DNA from: Gammaproteobacteria bacterium
Lineage (GTDB): Bacteria > Pseudomonadota > Gammaproteobacteria > GCA-002705445 > GCA-002716945
Direction of reading: 5' to 3'
Assembly: GCA_016779485.1 (NCBI GenBank)
Contig: JADHNN010000001.1
Span: 90,931-154,930 of the forward strand
DNA length: 64,000 nucleotides
The stretch's first letter is position 1, and the number at the start of each line of letters is the position of its first letter. This document shows positions 19,279 through 28,442 of the stretch, piece by piece. Under the pieces are notes generated by a model, which was not told the DNA's origin, made no database searches, and saw only the letters and a list, made by a program, of their open reading frames with translations. A program made the position numbers and the translations under genes.

Positions 19279-21240
19279 ATGCATAAATTTGTATCTGTAG
19301 CTCTAGATGTTCCTATAAATAAATTATTTGACTATAAATGCACCTTTGATAATCCCGAAGTAGGAGCTAGAGTTAAGGTGCCATTTGGCAGATCTACTAG
19401 AGTAGGCATTATTGTTAAGATTTTTCAAAATATAGATAATAGTGGTTCCTATAAAATTAAGGAGATATATGATTTGCTTGATGATATTCCAGTCATAACG
19501 CCAGAATTACTTAAAACTTCTAAATGGACTGCAAAGTACTACCATTATCCGCTAGGTCAAGTTCTGTTCAATTCCATCACTCCAATACAAAGAAAAAATC
19601 AAGCTACCCCAAAGAAAAAATATGAGCAAGAGAAAATATTAAAACCGGAGAGTTTGATGCTTAATGATGAACAGTTAAAGGTTGTAAAAAGCATAGATAA
19701 AAATATTAATAAGTATCAAGTTCATTTTATTCATGGCGTAACTGGTTCAGGCAAGACAGAAATTTATTCACATCTTGCATCATCTTTGCTGAAAGATAAT
19801 GCTCAAGTTCTCATATTAGTACCTGAAATTAATTTAACCCCTCAAACTGTATCAAGATTTCAGAAATATTTGACTATAAAGCCGCTTGAATATCATTCAC
19901 ACTTAACATCATTACAAAAGTATAAAGTTAGTCAGGCGTGTCGTGATGAGAGTCAATTAATCGTTATTGGAACAAGATCTGCAGTATTTTTACCGTTTAA
20001 AAATTTGAAACTAATTGTTGTAGATGAGGAACATGATCAATCATATAAACAAAATGAAAAATTTAAATACAATGCTAGGGACATTAGCATTGTTAGGGCT
20101 AAAAATTTTAATTGCCCCGTTGTTCTTGGAAGCGCTACTCCATCTTTTGAGTCGCTTCATAATATTAATATAAAAAAATATAAACAATATAAATTACTTA
20201 ATCGCTTTCATAAATCAAAAATGCCATTAATTACAATTGTTGATACCTCTGTTGATAAACCAGATGAGGGATTATCAAAAGTTCTTAAGGATAAAATGAA
20301 ATCTGAATTAGACAAAAATAAGAAAATAATACTTTTTATTGGCAGACGAGGTTTTAGTAATACAGTTCTTTGTAGTGAATGTAAAACTATTGTTAAATGT
20401 CCAAAGTGCAATACAATCATGACATATCATAAAAATGTTGAAAGACTAATATGTCATCAATGTGAATTTAGTCAAAAATTTGATTCTGTAAAAACTTGTT
20501 GTGACAAACCATCTTTAGTACCGTTAGGTGTTGGTACCCAGAGAGTAGAAAATAAAGTAAAAGAATTATTTCCAAACAAAAATGTATTAAGAATCGATAG
20601 TGACAATATTTCATCTAAGAAGGAATTAAAAAATTTTATTGAAAGTGCTGCTAATAATAAAATAGATATCTTCGTAGGAACACAAATGATTGTTAAAGGA
20701 CATGATTTTCCAAATATATCGCTCGTTGGAATAATTAACATTGATGCTGGATTATATAGTACAGACTTTAGAGGACTAGAAAAGACCGGACAGTTAATTA
20801 CACAAGTTTCTGGAAGAGCAGGTAGACAAAAATCACAAGGAAATGTAATCATCCAAACCAATAATCCTAAGCATAATTTATTGTTAAAGATTCTTAAAGA
20901 GGGATATGAAGAATTCAGTAAAGTTGCTCTCAAAGAACGCGAAAGTGTTAATCTGCCACCCTATAGTCATATAGGCATAATTAATATATCCGCTACGAGT
21001 AAATACAAGCCTAAATCAATACTTTCAGAAATAGTGAAATTTAAAAAAAATAAGTCTGTATTTGTCTATGGGCCTTCTCCAGCAGAGACATTCAAGAAGA
21101 ATAATGCTTATTCCTATCAAATAATAGTTGGATCAAAAAGTCATAAGCTTTTATCGGAACATATAACTAGAATTAAGTTATACTTAGCCAGCATAGATAG
21201 TAAAATTAAATGGTATATTGATATTGATCCAGCGCAATAA
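19279..21240 (+). CDS. priA: Primosomal protein N'
   Basis: GVTGSGKTE, VPEI, VDEEHD, GSATPS, Cys-rich region, GTQMIVKGHDFP, QVSGRAGR. Confidence 0.96.
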   Translation: MHKFVSVALDVPINKLFDYKCTFDNPEVGARVKVPFGRSTRVGIIVKIFQNIDNSGSYKIKEIYDLLDDIPVITPELLKTSKWTAKYYHYPLGQVLFNSITPIQRKNQATPKKKYEQEKILKPESLMLNDEQLKVVKSIDKNINKYQVHFIHGVTGSGKTEIYSHLASSLLKDNAQVLILVPEINLTPQTVSRFQKYLTIKPLEYHSHLTSLQKYKVSQACRDESQLIVIGTRSAVFLPFKNLKLIVVDEEHDQSYKQNEKFKYNARDISIVRAKNFNCPVVLGSATPSFESLHNINIKKYKQYKLLNRFHKSKMPLITIVDTSVDKPDEGLSKVLKDKMKSELDKNKKIILFIGRRGFSNTVLCSECKTIVKCPKCNTIMTYHKNVERLICHQCEFSQKFDSVKTCCDKPSLVPLGVGTQRVENKVKELFPNKNVLRIDSDNISSKKELKNFIESAANNKIDIFVGTQMIVKGHDFPNISLVGIINIDAGLYSTDFRGLEKTGQLITQVSGRAGRQKSQGNVIIQTNNPKHNLLLKILKEGYEEFSKVALKERESVNLPPYSHIGIINISATSKYKPKSILSEIVKFKKNKSVFVYGPSPAETFKKNNAYSYQIIVGSKSHKLLSEHITRIKLYLASIDSKIKWYIDIDPAQ

Positions 21241-22940
21241 TGAAAGAACAGATAGTTATTGAAATAAATAAAGTTCTAAAAAAGCTTTATGAATCTTATG
21301 ATGATATTAACAAGATAAATATTGAAGTTAATAAAACTACTGATAGTTCCCATGGTGACCTTTACACAAATATAGCTATGAAGCTGGCAAAGATTCTTAA
21401 AAAAAATCCTATGCTCATAGCAAAAGAAATAGTTAATGATTTAGAAACTATCAATTATGTTGAAAAAACTAATGTAGCCTCTCCTGGATACATAAACTTC
21501 TTCATTACAAAATCAAATAAATTTCAAGAACTAAAGAGAATAGTTAAAAATAATTTAAATTTCGATAAAGTGAAAAATAAAAAAAATATTCATGTAGAGT
21601 ATGTTTCAGCTAATCCGACAGGACCATTGCACATTGGGCATGGAAGAGGAATGATAGTCGGTGACACCACAGCTAGATTTATGTCATTAATCGGACATAA
21701 TGTTACTCGAGAATATTATATCAATGATGCTGGAAGACAAATAGATTTATTATTAATTAGTGCTATTTTATGCCATCATAATAAGAAAGATCATGTTTTT
21801 AGTGATGAAAGAGATGACCCAGAGGGGCGCTTAATAACGTATAAGGGCTCGTATGTTAGTGATGTATCAAAGTTAATAGCAAGTGATCTTCAAGATATTG
21901 ATAAAGAGAAAGTTTTATCTCTATTAGATAATCCAATAGATGAAATAATTTATTATATCAAAAGTATTGATGGTTACTTAAAGATTAGAAAATCATTAGT
22001 TAATGCAATTATAGAAAACTATATTAAAAAAGATTTATCATCGGTTAATATTAATTTTGATAGTTGGTTTAATGAAAGTGATTTATATGAATCGGGTCTA
22101 TTAAAGACTGTCCTAAAAAAAATCGATGATAATGATTTAAGCTATACAAAGGATGGCGCCTTATGGTTTAAAAATACTTCTTTTGGTGAGAATAAAGATA
22201 GGGTTCTTATAAAAAGTAATGGTGATATGACATACTTTGCTACTGATATTGCCTACCATGTTCATAAGTTTAAAAATCATGACATTCTAATAAATATCTG
22301 GGGTGCGGACCACCATGATTATGCAGTGAGACTTACAAACGCTATGAAAGCTTTGGGATATGATGTAGAAAATAGATTGCAAATTCATCTAGTTCAATTT
22401 GCTAATCTTATTATGTCTGGCAAGTCTATCTCAATGTCTACAAGAAGTGGCGATTTTTATCCAATACAAGACTTAGTTAATGAAATTGGGCGTGATGCTA
22501 CAAAATATTTTTATTTAATAAAAAAGAAAGAACAACATTTAGAATTTGATGTAGATCTTGCAATCAAAAAAAATAAAAATAATCCGATTTACTATATACA
22601 ATATGCTCATGCTAGGATTACAAAAATTATTAATGATTTGGATAATACACCTTTTGAAAAAGACAATCTTAATAACTTAGATACAAAAAATGAAATTGAA
22701 CTGATAGAGTTAATTAATAGTTTTCAAAATGTAATGGATAAAGCTATTAATATGGTAAGGCCAGACATTATAACAAACTATTTATATAAAGTTGCACAGA
22801 CATTTCACTCCTACTATGCAGAGACTAAAATCATAGTATCATCAATAAAGGGTGAAAAAGTTACCCTAATAAAGTGTATAGATAAAATTATAATTAGCGG
22901 CCTAAAAGCATTAGATATAAAGCCAATGGATAGGATGTAA
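21240..22940 (+). CDS. argS: Arginine--tRNA ligase
   Basis: EYVSANPTGPLHIGHGR, WGADH, MSTRSG, YIQYAHARI. Confidence 0.96.
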   Translation: MKEQIVIEINKVLKKLYESYDDINKINIEVNKTTDSSHGDLYTNIAMKLAKILKKNPMLIAKEIVNDLETINYVEKTNVASPGYINFFITKSNKFQELKRIVKNNLNFDKVKNKKNIHVEYVSANPTGPLHIGHGRGMIVGDTTARFMSLIGHNVTREYYINDAGRQIDLLLISAILCHHNKKDHVFSDERDDPEGRLITYKGSYVSDVSKLIASDLQDIDKEKVLSLLDNPIDEIIYYIKSIDGYLKIRKSLVNAIIENYIKKDLSSVNINFDSWFNESDLYESGLLKTVLKKIDDNDLSYTKDGALWFKNTSFGENKDRVLIKSNGDMTYFATDIAYHVHKFKNHDILINIWGADHHDYAVRLTNAMKALGYDVENRLQIHLVQFANLIMSGKSISMSTRSGDFYPIQDLVNEIGRDATKYFYLIKKKEQHLEFDVDLAIKKNKNNPIYYIQYAHARITKIINDLDNTPFEKDNLNNLDTKNEIELIELINSFQNVMDKAINMVRPDIITNYLYKVAQTFHSYYAETKIIVSSIKGEKVTLIKCIDKIIISGLKALDIKPMDRM

Positions 22941-23770
22941 TGAAACAAAATACTATAGCATTGGTCTACGATTTTGATGGAACACTGACTCCAAAGACAA
23001 TGCAAGAATATACAATAATTCCTCGGTTGAAAATTAATTCAAAGAAATTTTGGGCGAAAATTTTGCTAGAAGCAAAAAAAACAGATGGTGAAATCATGAT
23101 GATATATATGAGAGAACTAATTAGTCATGCTGAAAAGATCGGTATTAAGATTACAAAAGAAGAATTTATTGCCATGGCAGATAAAATCAAATATTTTGTT
23201 GGCGTAAAAGATTGGTTTAAAAATATAAATAAATATATAAAAACTTATCATAAGAATATTAATGTTTCACATTATGTGATTTCAGCTGGACATCATGAAA
23301 TATTAGATGCTTCAGCTATAAGAAAAGATTTAACAAATGTTTTTGGTTCACAGTATTATTTTGATAAAGATGGTAATGCTACTTTTCCAAAAATAGTAGT
23401 TACAGATACAGCAAAAACACAGTTTCTATTTAGAATTAATAAAGGAAAAGAGAGACTTTCAGAGTCAATTAATAGTCATATGCCCGAAGAGTCCAGACCA
23501 ATACCATTTGAAAATATGATTTACATTGGTGATGGACTAACTGATGTTCCAAGTATGGCATTAATAAAAAAACAGAATGGCCATGCTATTTCAGTTTATC
23601 CTAAAAATAGTCTGGAACAAAAAAAGGTTTGTACTGAACTGCTATCGGCTAAAAGAGTCGATTTTATCTCTGAGGCAAACTATAAAGTAAACGGTATTTT
23701 ATTCAAAAGAATGTGCCTTCTAATAGATATGATAAGTGCAAGGATAAAATATACAAATGCAGTATCTTAA
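22940..23770 (+). CDS. HAD-like hydrolase
   Basis: YDFDGTL (motif I), ISAG (II), KTQFLFRINKG (III), YIGDGLTDVP (IV). Confidence 0.85.
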   Translation: MKQNTIALVYDFDGTLTPKTMQEYTIIPRLKINSKKFWAKILLEAKKTDGEIMMIYMRELISHAEKIGIKITKEEFIAMADKIKYFVGVKDWFKNINKYIKTYHKNINVSHYVISAGHHEILDASAIRKDLTNVFGSQYYFDKDGNATFPKIVVTDTAKTQFLFRINKGKERLSESINSHMPEESRPIPFENMIYIGDGLTDVPSMALIKKQNGHAISVYPKNSLEQKKVCTELLSAKRVDFISEANYKVNGILFKRMCLLIDMISARIKYTNAVS

Positions 23771-23771
23771 G

Positions 23772-24155
23772 TTAGCTTTCATCGATAACTTTCATACCGG
23801 ATGTTCTGTCAAGAAATTTATACTGCATATTTAAGACATTGAAATAATCTTTAATGTGTTTCATGACAATATCCAATTTAAATTCCTTACAGCTATAGAT
23901 ATCTAATTGAATTAATCCTGGGTTAGGCTCATCCCATATATGAATGACAATATGACTCGTTTCAATTAATGCCATACATGTTGTCCCACGATTGCCAGGT
24001 TGGTCTACATAGCTAATGGCAGGGCCTTGCATTAATTTCATATCAATTTTTTTTATTAAGGTTTTCATCCAATCAAGGATTTCATGAAGAGAATCTTCAG
24101 CAGGGCAATCACTTACCTCAGCTCTTAAAACAAGATGTTTATGGTCTAATTGCAT
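23772..24155 (-). CDS. speD: Pyruvoyl-dependent S-adenosylmethionine decarboxylase family proenzyme
   Basis: LIETSHIVIHIWDE, DIYSCK; divergent from speE. Confidence 0.8.
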   Translation of the reverse strand: MQLDHKHLVLRAEVSDCPAEDSLHEILDWMKTLIKKIDMKLMQGPAISYVDQPGNRGTTCMALIETSHIVIHIWDEPNPGLIQLDIYSCKEFKLDIVMKHIKDYFNVLNMQYKFLDRTSGMKVIDES

Positions 24156-24204
24156 AATATAAAAAGTTAAATATAATCAATATAAATTTATAAATGACAA
24201 GTTA

Positions 24205-24927
24205 ATGAGCATAAAAAAAATATATCATGAATATGACGATGCAACTGGCATATCAATCGGTATAAAGTATGAGAAATATTTATATCAATGTCAAAGTAAA
24301 TATCAAAATATTGAAATCATAAAAACAAACAAATACGGAAATGTACTTTACCTCGATGGATGTTTTATGTTGTCTCAAAAGAATCAAGATTTTTATCACA
24401 ACGAATGTCTTGATCTAATCCCAAAAACTGTAAGAAAAATATTAATTATAGGTGGAGGAGATTGTGCCATTGCAAGCATGTTGGCACGAAAGGAATGTGT
24501 AACAGAAATAATAATAGTTGAAATTGATGATGCAGTAGTAAATATCTCAAAAAGGTATTTTCCTGAAAATTTTAAGCTCACAAAAAAGCAATCAAAAAAA
24601 ATAAAAATAGTTATTAATGATGGAATGATTTATCTAAAAAATAATAAAATTAAATATGACGCTATAATTGTCGATTCCACCGATCCTGTGGGTGATGCTA
24701 AAGTATTATTTTCTAAAAAATTTATAAGAGCATGTAATGATGCTCTGAAGAAAAATGGTGTCTTAATACAACAATCAGGTTCACCTTTAAAAGATATGAA
24801 AACTGTCATCAAGCCCTTAGTTAAAAAATATGAAAGTATTGGACTTAGGGATATTGTTATTTCTAGCTTTCCAATGCCATTGTATCCTACTGGAACATGG
24901 AGTTTCTTGAAAGCTAAAAGAGCGTAG
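24205..24927 (+). CDS. speE: Spermidine synthase family aminopropyltransferase
   Basis: SKYQNI, LYLDG, LIIGGGD, VEID, IVDSTDPVG, PLYPTGTW. Confidence 0.87.
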   Translation: MSIKKIYHEYDDATGISIGIKYEKYLYQCQSKYQNIEIIKTNKYGNVLYLDGCFMLSQKNQDFYHNECLDLIPKTVRKILIIGGGDCAIASMLARKECVTEIIIVEIDDAVVNISKRYFPENFKLTKKQSKKIKIVINDGMIYLKNNKIKYDAIIVDSTDPVGDAKVLFSKKFIRACNDALKKNGVLIQQSGSPLKDMKTVIKPLVKKYESIGLRDIVISSFPMPLYPTGTWSFLKAKRA

Positions 24928-24941
24928 CTATCACTACGCTC
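24916..24941 (-). terminator. Intrinsic terminator of the torF-glnK-amtB operon
   Basis: 8-bp stem GAGCGTAG (24920-27)/CTACGCTC (24934-41), 6-nt loop, followed by TTTT on the minus strand. Confidence 0.7.
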
Positions 24942-24955
24942 CCTTAGATATATGC

Positions 24956-26233
24956 TTATTGCTCAGGGTAAACTGAAGGTTTAATGCCTGTAGCTTTACT
25001 AAATTCTGGGTATGCTTCTAATCCACACTCAGATATATCTACACCATCTTGTTCTTCTTCTTCTGTTACTCTTAAACCGAAGAACATTTTTATGATGTAC
25101 CAAACAATTACACTTGTAATAAATGTCCAAAGTATAATCATTGAAGCGCCATAAATTTGAGCTCCAAGAGATCCGCCAGTAAGAGTTACTGCGAGTAATC
25201 CCCAAATACCACATGTTCCATGTGCAGATATTGCACCAACAGGATCGTCTATTCTCATTTTATCAAGCATGACGATAGACATTACTACTATCAATCCACC
25301 AATTGCACCAATGATTAAAGCAAGTCCTGGTGTTGGAGCTAATGGTTCAGCTGTAATTGACACCAAGCCTCCTATAGCGCCGTTTAATGCCATTGTAAGG
25401 TCAGATTTACCGAACATTAGTTTGGATAATAATAATGCTCCCATGACGCCACCAGCTGCTGCTAAGTTGGTATTTACAAATACCATAGATACAGCATTAG
25501 CCTCTGCAACATTGGAAATGATTAATTCAGATCCACCATTAAATCCGAACCAACCTAACCATAAAATAAATGTACCAAGGGTAGCAAGTGGGAGGTTAGC
25601 TCCTGGCATAGCGTTTACTTTGCCGTCTGTATATTTACCTTTTCTTGCACCTAGAACAAGTACACCAGCTAAAGCTGCAACTGCGCCGCATAGGTGTACC
25701 ACACCAGATCCAGCAAAGTCAGAAAAACCAGCTTCGTCTAAGAAGCCGCCGCCCCATTTCCAATAACCTTGAACTGGGTAAATAACACTTGTCATCACTA
25801 CACAAAATAGTAGAAATGGCCATAGTTTCATTCTTTCCGCTACTGCTCCTGAAATAATTGAACAGGCTGTTGCTACAAATACTACTTGAAAGAAATGATC
25901 TGATATTGATGAGTAATAAACATCTCCACCACTCGCGATCACAGCCTCAGCTGTATTGTCAGCACCTAGAAAAAATGATAGCTCAGGAATGACACCTGTG
26001 CCTCCACCTGGATACATTAAATTGTATCCGACAATCATATACATGATCACTGATATTGAATATAACGATATATTTTTTGTAAGAATTTCAGCTGTATTCT
26101 TTGCTCTAACAAGACCAGATTCTAACATGGTAAAACCTGCAGCCATCCACATGACAAAGGCACCCATGACTAGAAAATAGAATGTATCTAAAGCATAAGC
26201 AAGTTCAATTACTTTACCTTCTAAAGCTTCCAT
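24956..26233 (-). CDS. amtB: Ammonium transporter
   Basis: SGAVAERMK, DFAGSGVVH, GWFGFNGGS, DDPVGAISAHG. Confidence 0.96.
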   Translation of the reverse strand: MEALEGKVIELAYALDTFYFLVMGAFVMWMAAGFTMLESGLVRAKNTAEILTKNISLYSISVIMYMIVGYNLMYPGGGTGVIPELSFFLGADNTAEAVIASGGDVYYSSISDHFFQVVFVATACSIISGAVAERMKLWPFLLFCVVMTSVIYPVQGYWKWGGGFLDEAGFSDFAGSGVVHLCGAVAALAGVLVLGARKGKYTDGKVNAMPGANLPLATLGTFILWLGWFGFNGGSELIISNVAEANAVSMVFVNTNLAAAGGVMGALLLSKLMFGKSDLTMALNGAIGGLVSITAEPLAPTPGLALIIGAIGGLIVVMSIVMLDKMRIDDPVGAISAHGTCGIWGLLAVTLTGGSLGAQIYGASMIILWTFITSVIVWYIIKMFFGLRVTEEEEQDGVDISECGLEAYPEFSKATGIKPSVYPEQ

Positions 26234-26260
26234 TGCAATCTCCTAATTAAAAATGTTTAA

Positions 26261-26599
26261 TTAAAGAGCTTCTGGACCTTTTTCTCCGGTACGAACACGT
26301 ATTGCTTCTTGAATATCAAGAACAAAAATCTTTCCATCACCAATTTTACTAGTACTAGCAGATGACAAGATAGTCTCAATTGTTTGATCAACAAGGTTAT
26401 CATTAACAGCAATTTCAAGCTTAATTTTCGGTAGAAAATCAACCACATATTCAGCACCTCTATAAAGTTCCGTATGGCCCTTTTGTCTTCCAAACCCTTT
26501 TACTTCAGTTGCGGTAATTCCAGTGACCCCTATTCCTGATAGAGCTTCTCTTACCTCATCTAATTTAAATGGTTTGATAATTGCTATTACTAATTTCAT
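26261..26599 (-). CDS. glnK: PII nitrogen regulatory protein
   Basis: [34 protein letters not shown]; upstream of amtB. Confidence 0.96.
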   Translation of the reverse strand: MKLVIAIIKPFKLDEVREALSGIGVTGITATEVKGFGRQKGHTELYRGAEYVVDFLPKIKLEIAVNDNLVDQTIETILSSASTSKIGDGKIFVLDIQEAIRVRTGEKGPEAL

Positions 26600-26638
26600 T
26601 GTTAAATGTCTACTATCACAAATTATAAACTAAATTAT

Positions 26639-27322
26639 TTAGAAACTATACCCTAAAGTAAAGTTTGCATATGTTGAATCGTCGTTGTCTTCAAGACCAG
26701 TAGCATGACTAGTATCAATATTTCTTCCAACCATAAGTCCAACATCAACTCCACTTACTGTCATTCCATAATGAAGTTCATGGTTATGTCCTGTTATTGC
26801 CTCACCAGTCCATGTTTGGTATTGGTAATCAATCGGCAGACCAACAAAAGATAGTGGAACTGTAATTGTATAATGCTGATAACCTTGATCACCTGCATCA
26901 AGTTGATATTCGCCATCAATAGCTGCATCAATAGACATAAAGCCCATATCAGCACCTATATTTATTTCTTGGTAATCACTATCGAAGTTATCTGAATAGT
27001 AATATCCAGTAAAACCAGCGTACATTGGAACACCCATTAATGAGAAGTTATATCCGCCATAGATATCATACTCTACGCCTTTATCAACATCTGCCCACCA
27101 TGTGCCAATATAGAAATTACCCATTTCAGCATCAGCACCAAAACTCACTGATGATTCTGACATATAGTATCCTCTATACCAATATTCAGACATGTAACCT
27201 ATGTTATAGCTTACCGCGCTGCTTGACTCATCTGCAACTGCTTCACCGGCTTGTGCAAACATTGATATTGACATCAACGCTGCTAAAGCAACAGATAAAG
27301 ATGATTTAATTATTTTTTTCAT
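26639..27322 (-). CDS. TorF-family putative outer-membrane porin
   Basis: Signal peptide, SEYWYRG, EYDIYGGY, C-terminal YSF; conserved position upstream of glnK-amtB. Confidence 0.8.
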   Translation of the reverse strand: MKKIIKSSLSVALAALMSISMFAQAGEAVADESSSAVSYNIGYMSEYWYRGYYMSESSVSFGADAEMGNFYIGTWWADVDKGVEYDIYGGYNFSLMGVPMYAGFTGYYYSDNFDSDYQEINIGADMGFMSIDAAIDGEYQLDAGDQGYQHYTITVPLSFVGLPIDYQYQTWTGEAITGHNHELHYGMTVSGVDVGLMVGRNIDTSHATGLEDNDDSTYANFTLGYSF

Positions 27323-27418
27323 TTATATCTCCCTTTCGTAAAATGGTTATATTATTTAGTTATTTTGTGATAGTCGACATTTATCAATGACAAATAGTAA
27401 AGCTATCAATAGTAGATA

Positions 27419-27435
27419 TGCATAAACTGTGCCAA
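27419..27435 (-). promoter_or_regulatory. Sigma54 (-24/-12) promoter for torF-glnK-amtB
   Basis: Minus strand TTGGCACAGTTTATGCA, i.e. GG-N10-GC. Confidence 0.85.
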
Positions 27436-27566
27436 CTGTTAATATTACTGTTTACACCTGAAATGTGAGTGTTTCTCTAATAACATTGGAAATATGATAT
27501 ATTAATAATACAAGTAGTAAAGTAAACTTTTATAAAATTATTTATAATCAACATAAGAGTTAAATT

Positions 27567-27583
27567 TGCACAAAAAATGTGCA
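27567..27583. promoter_or_regulatory. NtrC-binding site
   Basis: TGCAC-AAAAAAT-GTGCA (TGCAC-N7-GTGCA), about 130 bp upstream of the sigma54 promoter. Confidence 0.8.
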
Positions 27584-27586
27584 TGA

Positions 27587-27823
27587 ATGGAGTGCAAAGT
27601 GAAAAATAATAGATTTAAAGAATTGGTAGAGGGTATTTTAAGCATAATCCCTAAAAATACCGAAACTATGAAAGATGACATAAAAGATAATCTTAAAATT
27701 CTCTTAAATGATTATCTTAGAAAAATAGATGTAGTTACAAGAGAGGAATTTGATGTCCAGAGAGAGGTTCTTTTAAAAACCAGAAAAAAATTAGAGGACT
27801 TAGAAGATAAATTAAATAAATAA
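27587..27823 (+). CDS. ubiK: Accessory factor UbiK/YqiC family
   Basis: KIDVVTREEFDVQREVLLKTRKKLEDLE; divergent from the glnK operon. Confidence 0.88.
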   Translation: MECKVKNNRFKELVEGILSIIPKNTETMKDDIKDNLKILLNDYLRKIDVVTREEFDVQREVLLKTRKKLEDLEDKLNK

Positions 27824-27824
27824 A

Positions 27825-28304
27825 CTATTTCGATTGTTCAAGCATATAATCAACAGCAGATTTAACCTCATCATCGCTTAGTGACATTAATCCACCTTTG
27901 GCAGGCATGACCCCTATTCCGTTAATTGCATTACTGTATAAAGTATCATTTCCTTTCGCTAATCTATCCGTCCACTGATCTGCTTTTCCAGTAATAGGTG
28001 CGCCAGCCGCGCCACTCATATGGCATGACATGCATACTGAATTATAGACATCCTTACCTGATTTGGCAGATGTAACTTCTATTACTTCTGTCTTAAATGT
28101 AGGGTTACTTGCTAAATTTATTTTTTCAGATGATGATAAGCGCTGTTCAGTTGCTTTTTCCCTTGCATCATCATAGTTATCATTCACTACAGAGGAAGCA
28201 AAAACATTAGATAAAATAGCTATAATTATAGCCAGCGCAATAATAAACACGCTCACATAGCTGAAAATTTTATAAAACTCTTTATCTGATGTTGTTCCGC
28301 TCAT
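27825..28304 (-). CDS. Cytochrome c5 family protein
   Basis: TM anchor, CMSCH heme motif, GAAGAP, MPAKGG. Confidence 0.9.
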   Translation of the reverse strand: MSGTTSDKEFYKIFSYVSVFIIALAIIIAILSNVFASSVVNDNYDDAREKATEQRLSSSEKINLASNPTFKTEVIEVTSAKSGKDVYNSVCMSCHMSGAAGAPITGKADQWTDRLAKGNDTLYSNAINGIGVMPAKGGLMSLSDDEVKSAVDYMLEQSK

Positions 28305-28368
28305 TTTTCCCTCATTTTTTACTTTCAGTAGATTATACTTGAAAAGTAATTTATTTGAATAGCTTTTT

Positions 28369-28442
28369 GCGTCTGTAGCTCAGTTGGATAGAGCGTTAGC
28401 TTCCGAAGCTAAAGGTCAGAAGTTCGAATCTTCTCAGGCGCT
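28369..28442 (+). tRNA. tRNA-Arg(CCG), CCA not encoded
   Basis: GCGTCTG/CAGGCGC acceptor stem, TTAGC-TTCCGAA-GCTAA anticodon arm, AGAAG-TTCGAAT-CTTCT T arm. Confidence 0.93.

Noticed and set aside
25269-25766. 165-aa plus-strand ORF, and similar shadow ORFs such as 20472-20933, 35081-35440, 41894-42223 and 56527-56832
   Set aside because: Antisense to well-conserved genes (amtB, priA, dctM, ubiE, glycerate kinase) with no recognisable motifs; expected from codon bias.
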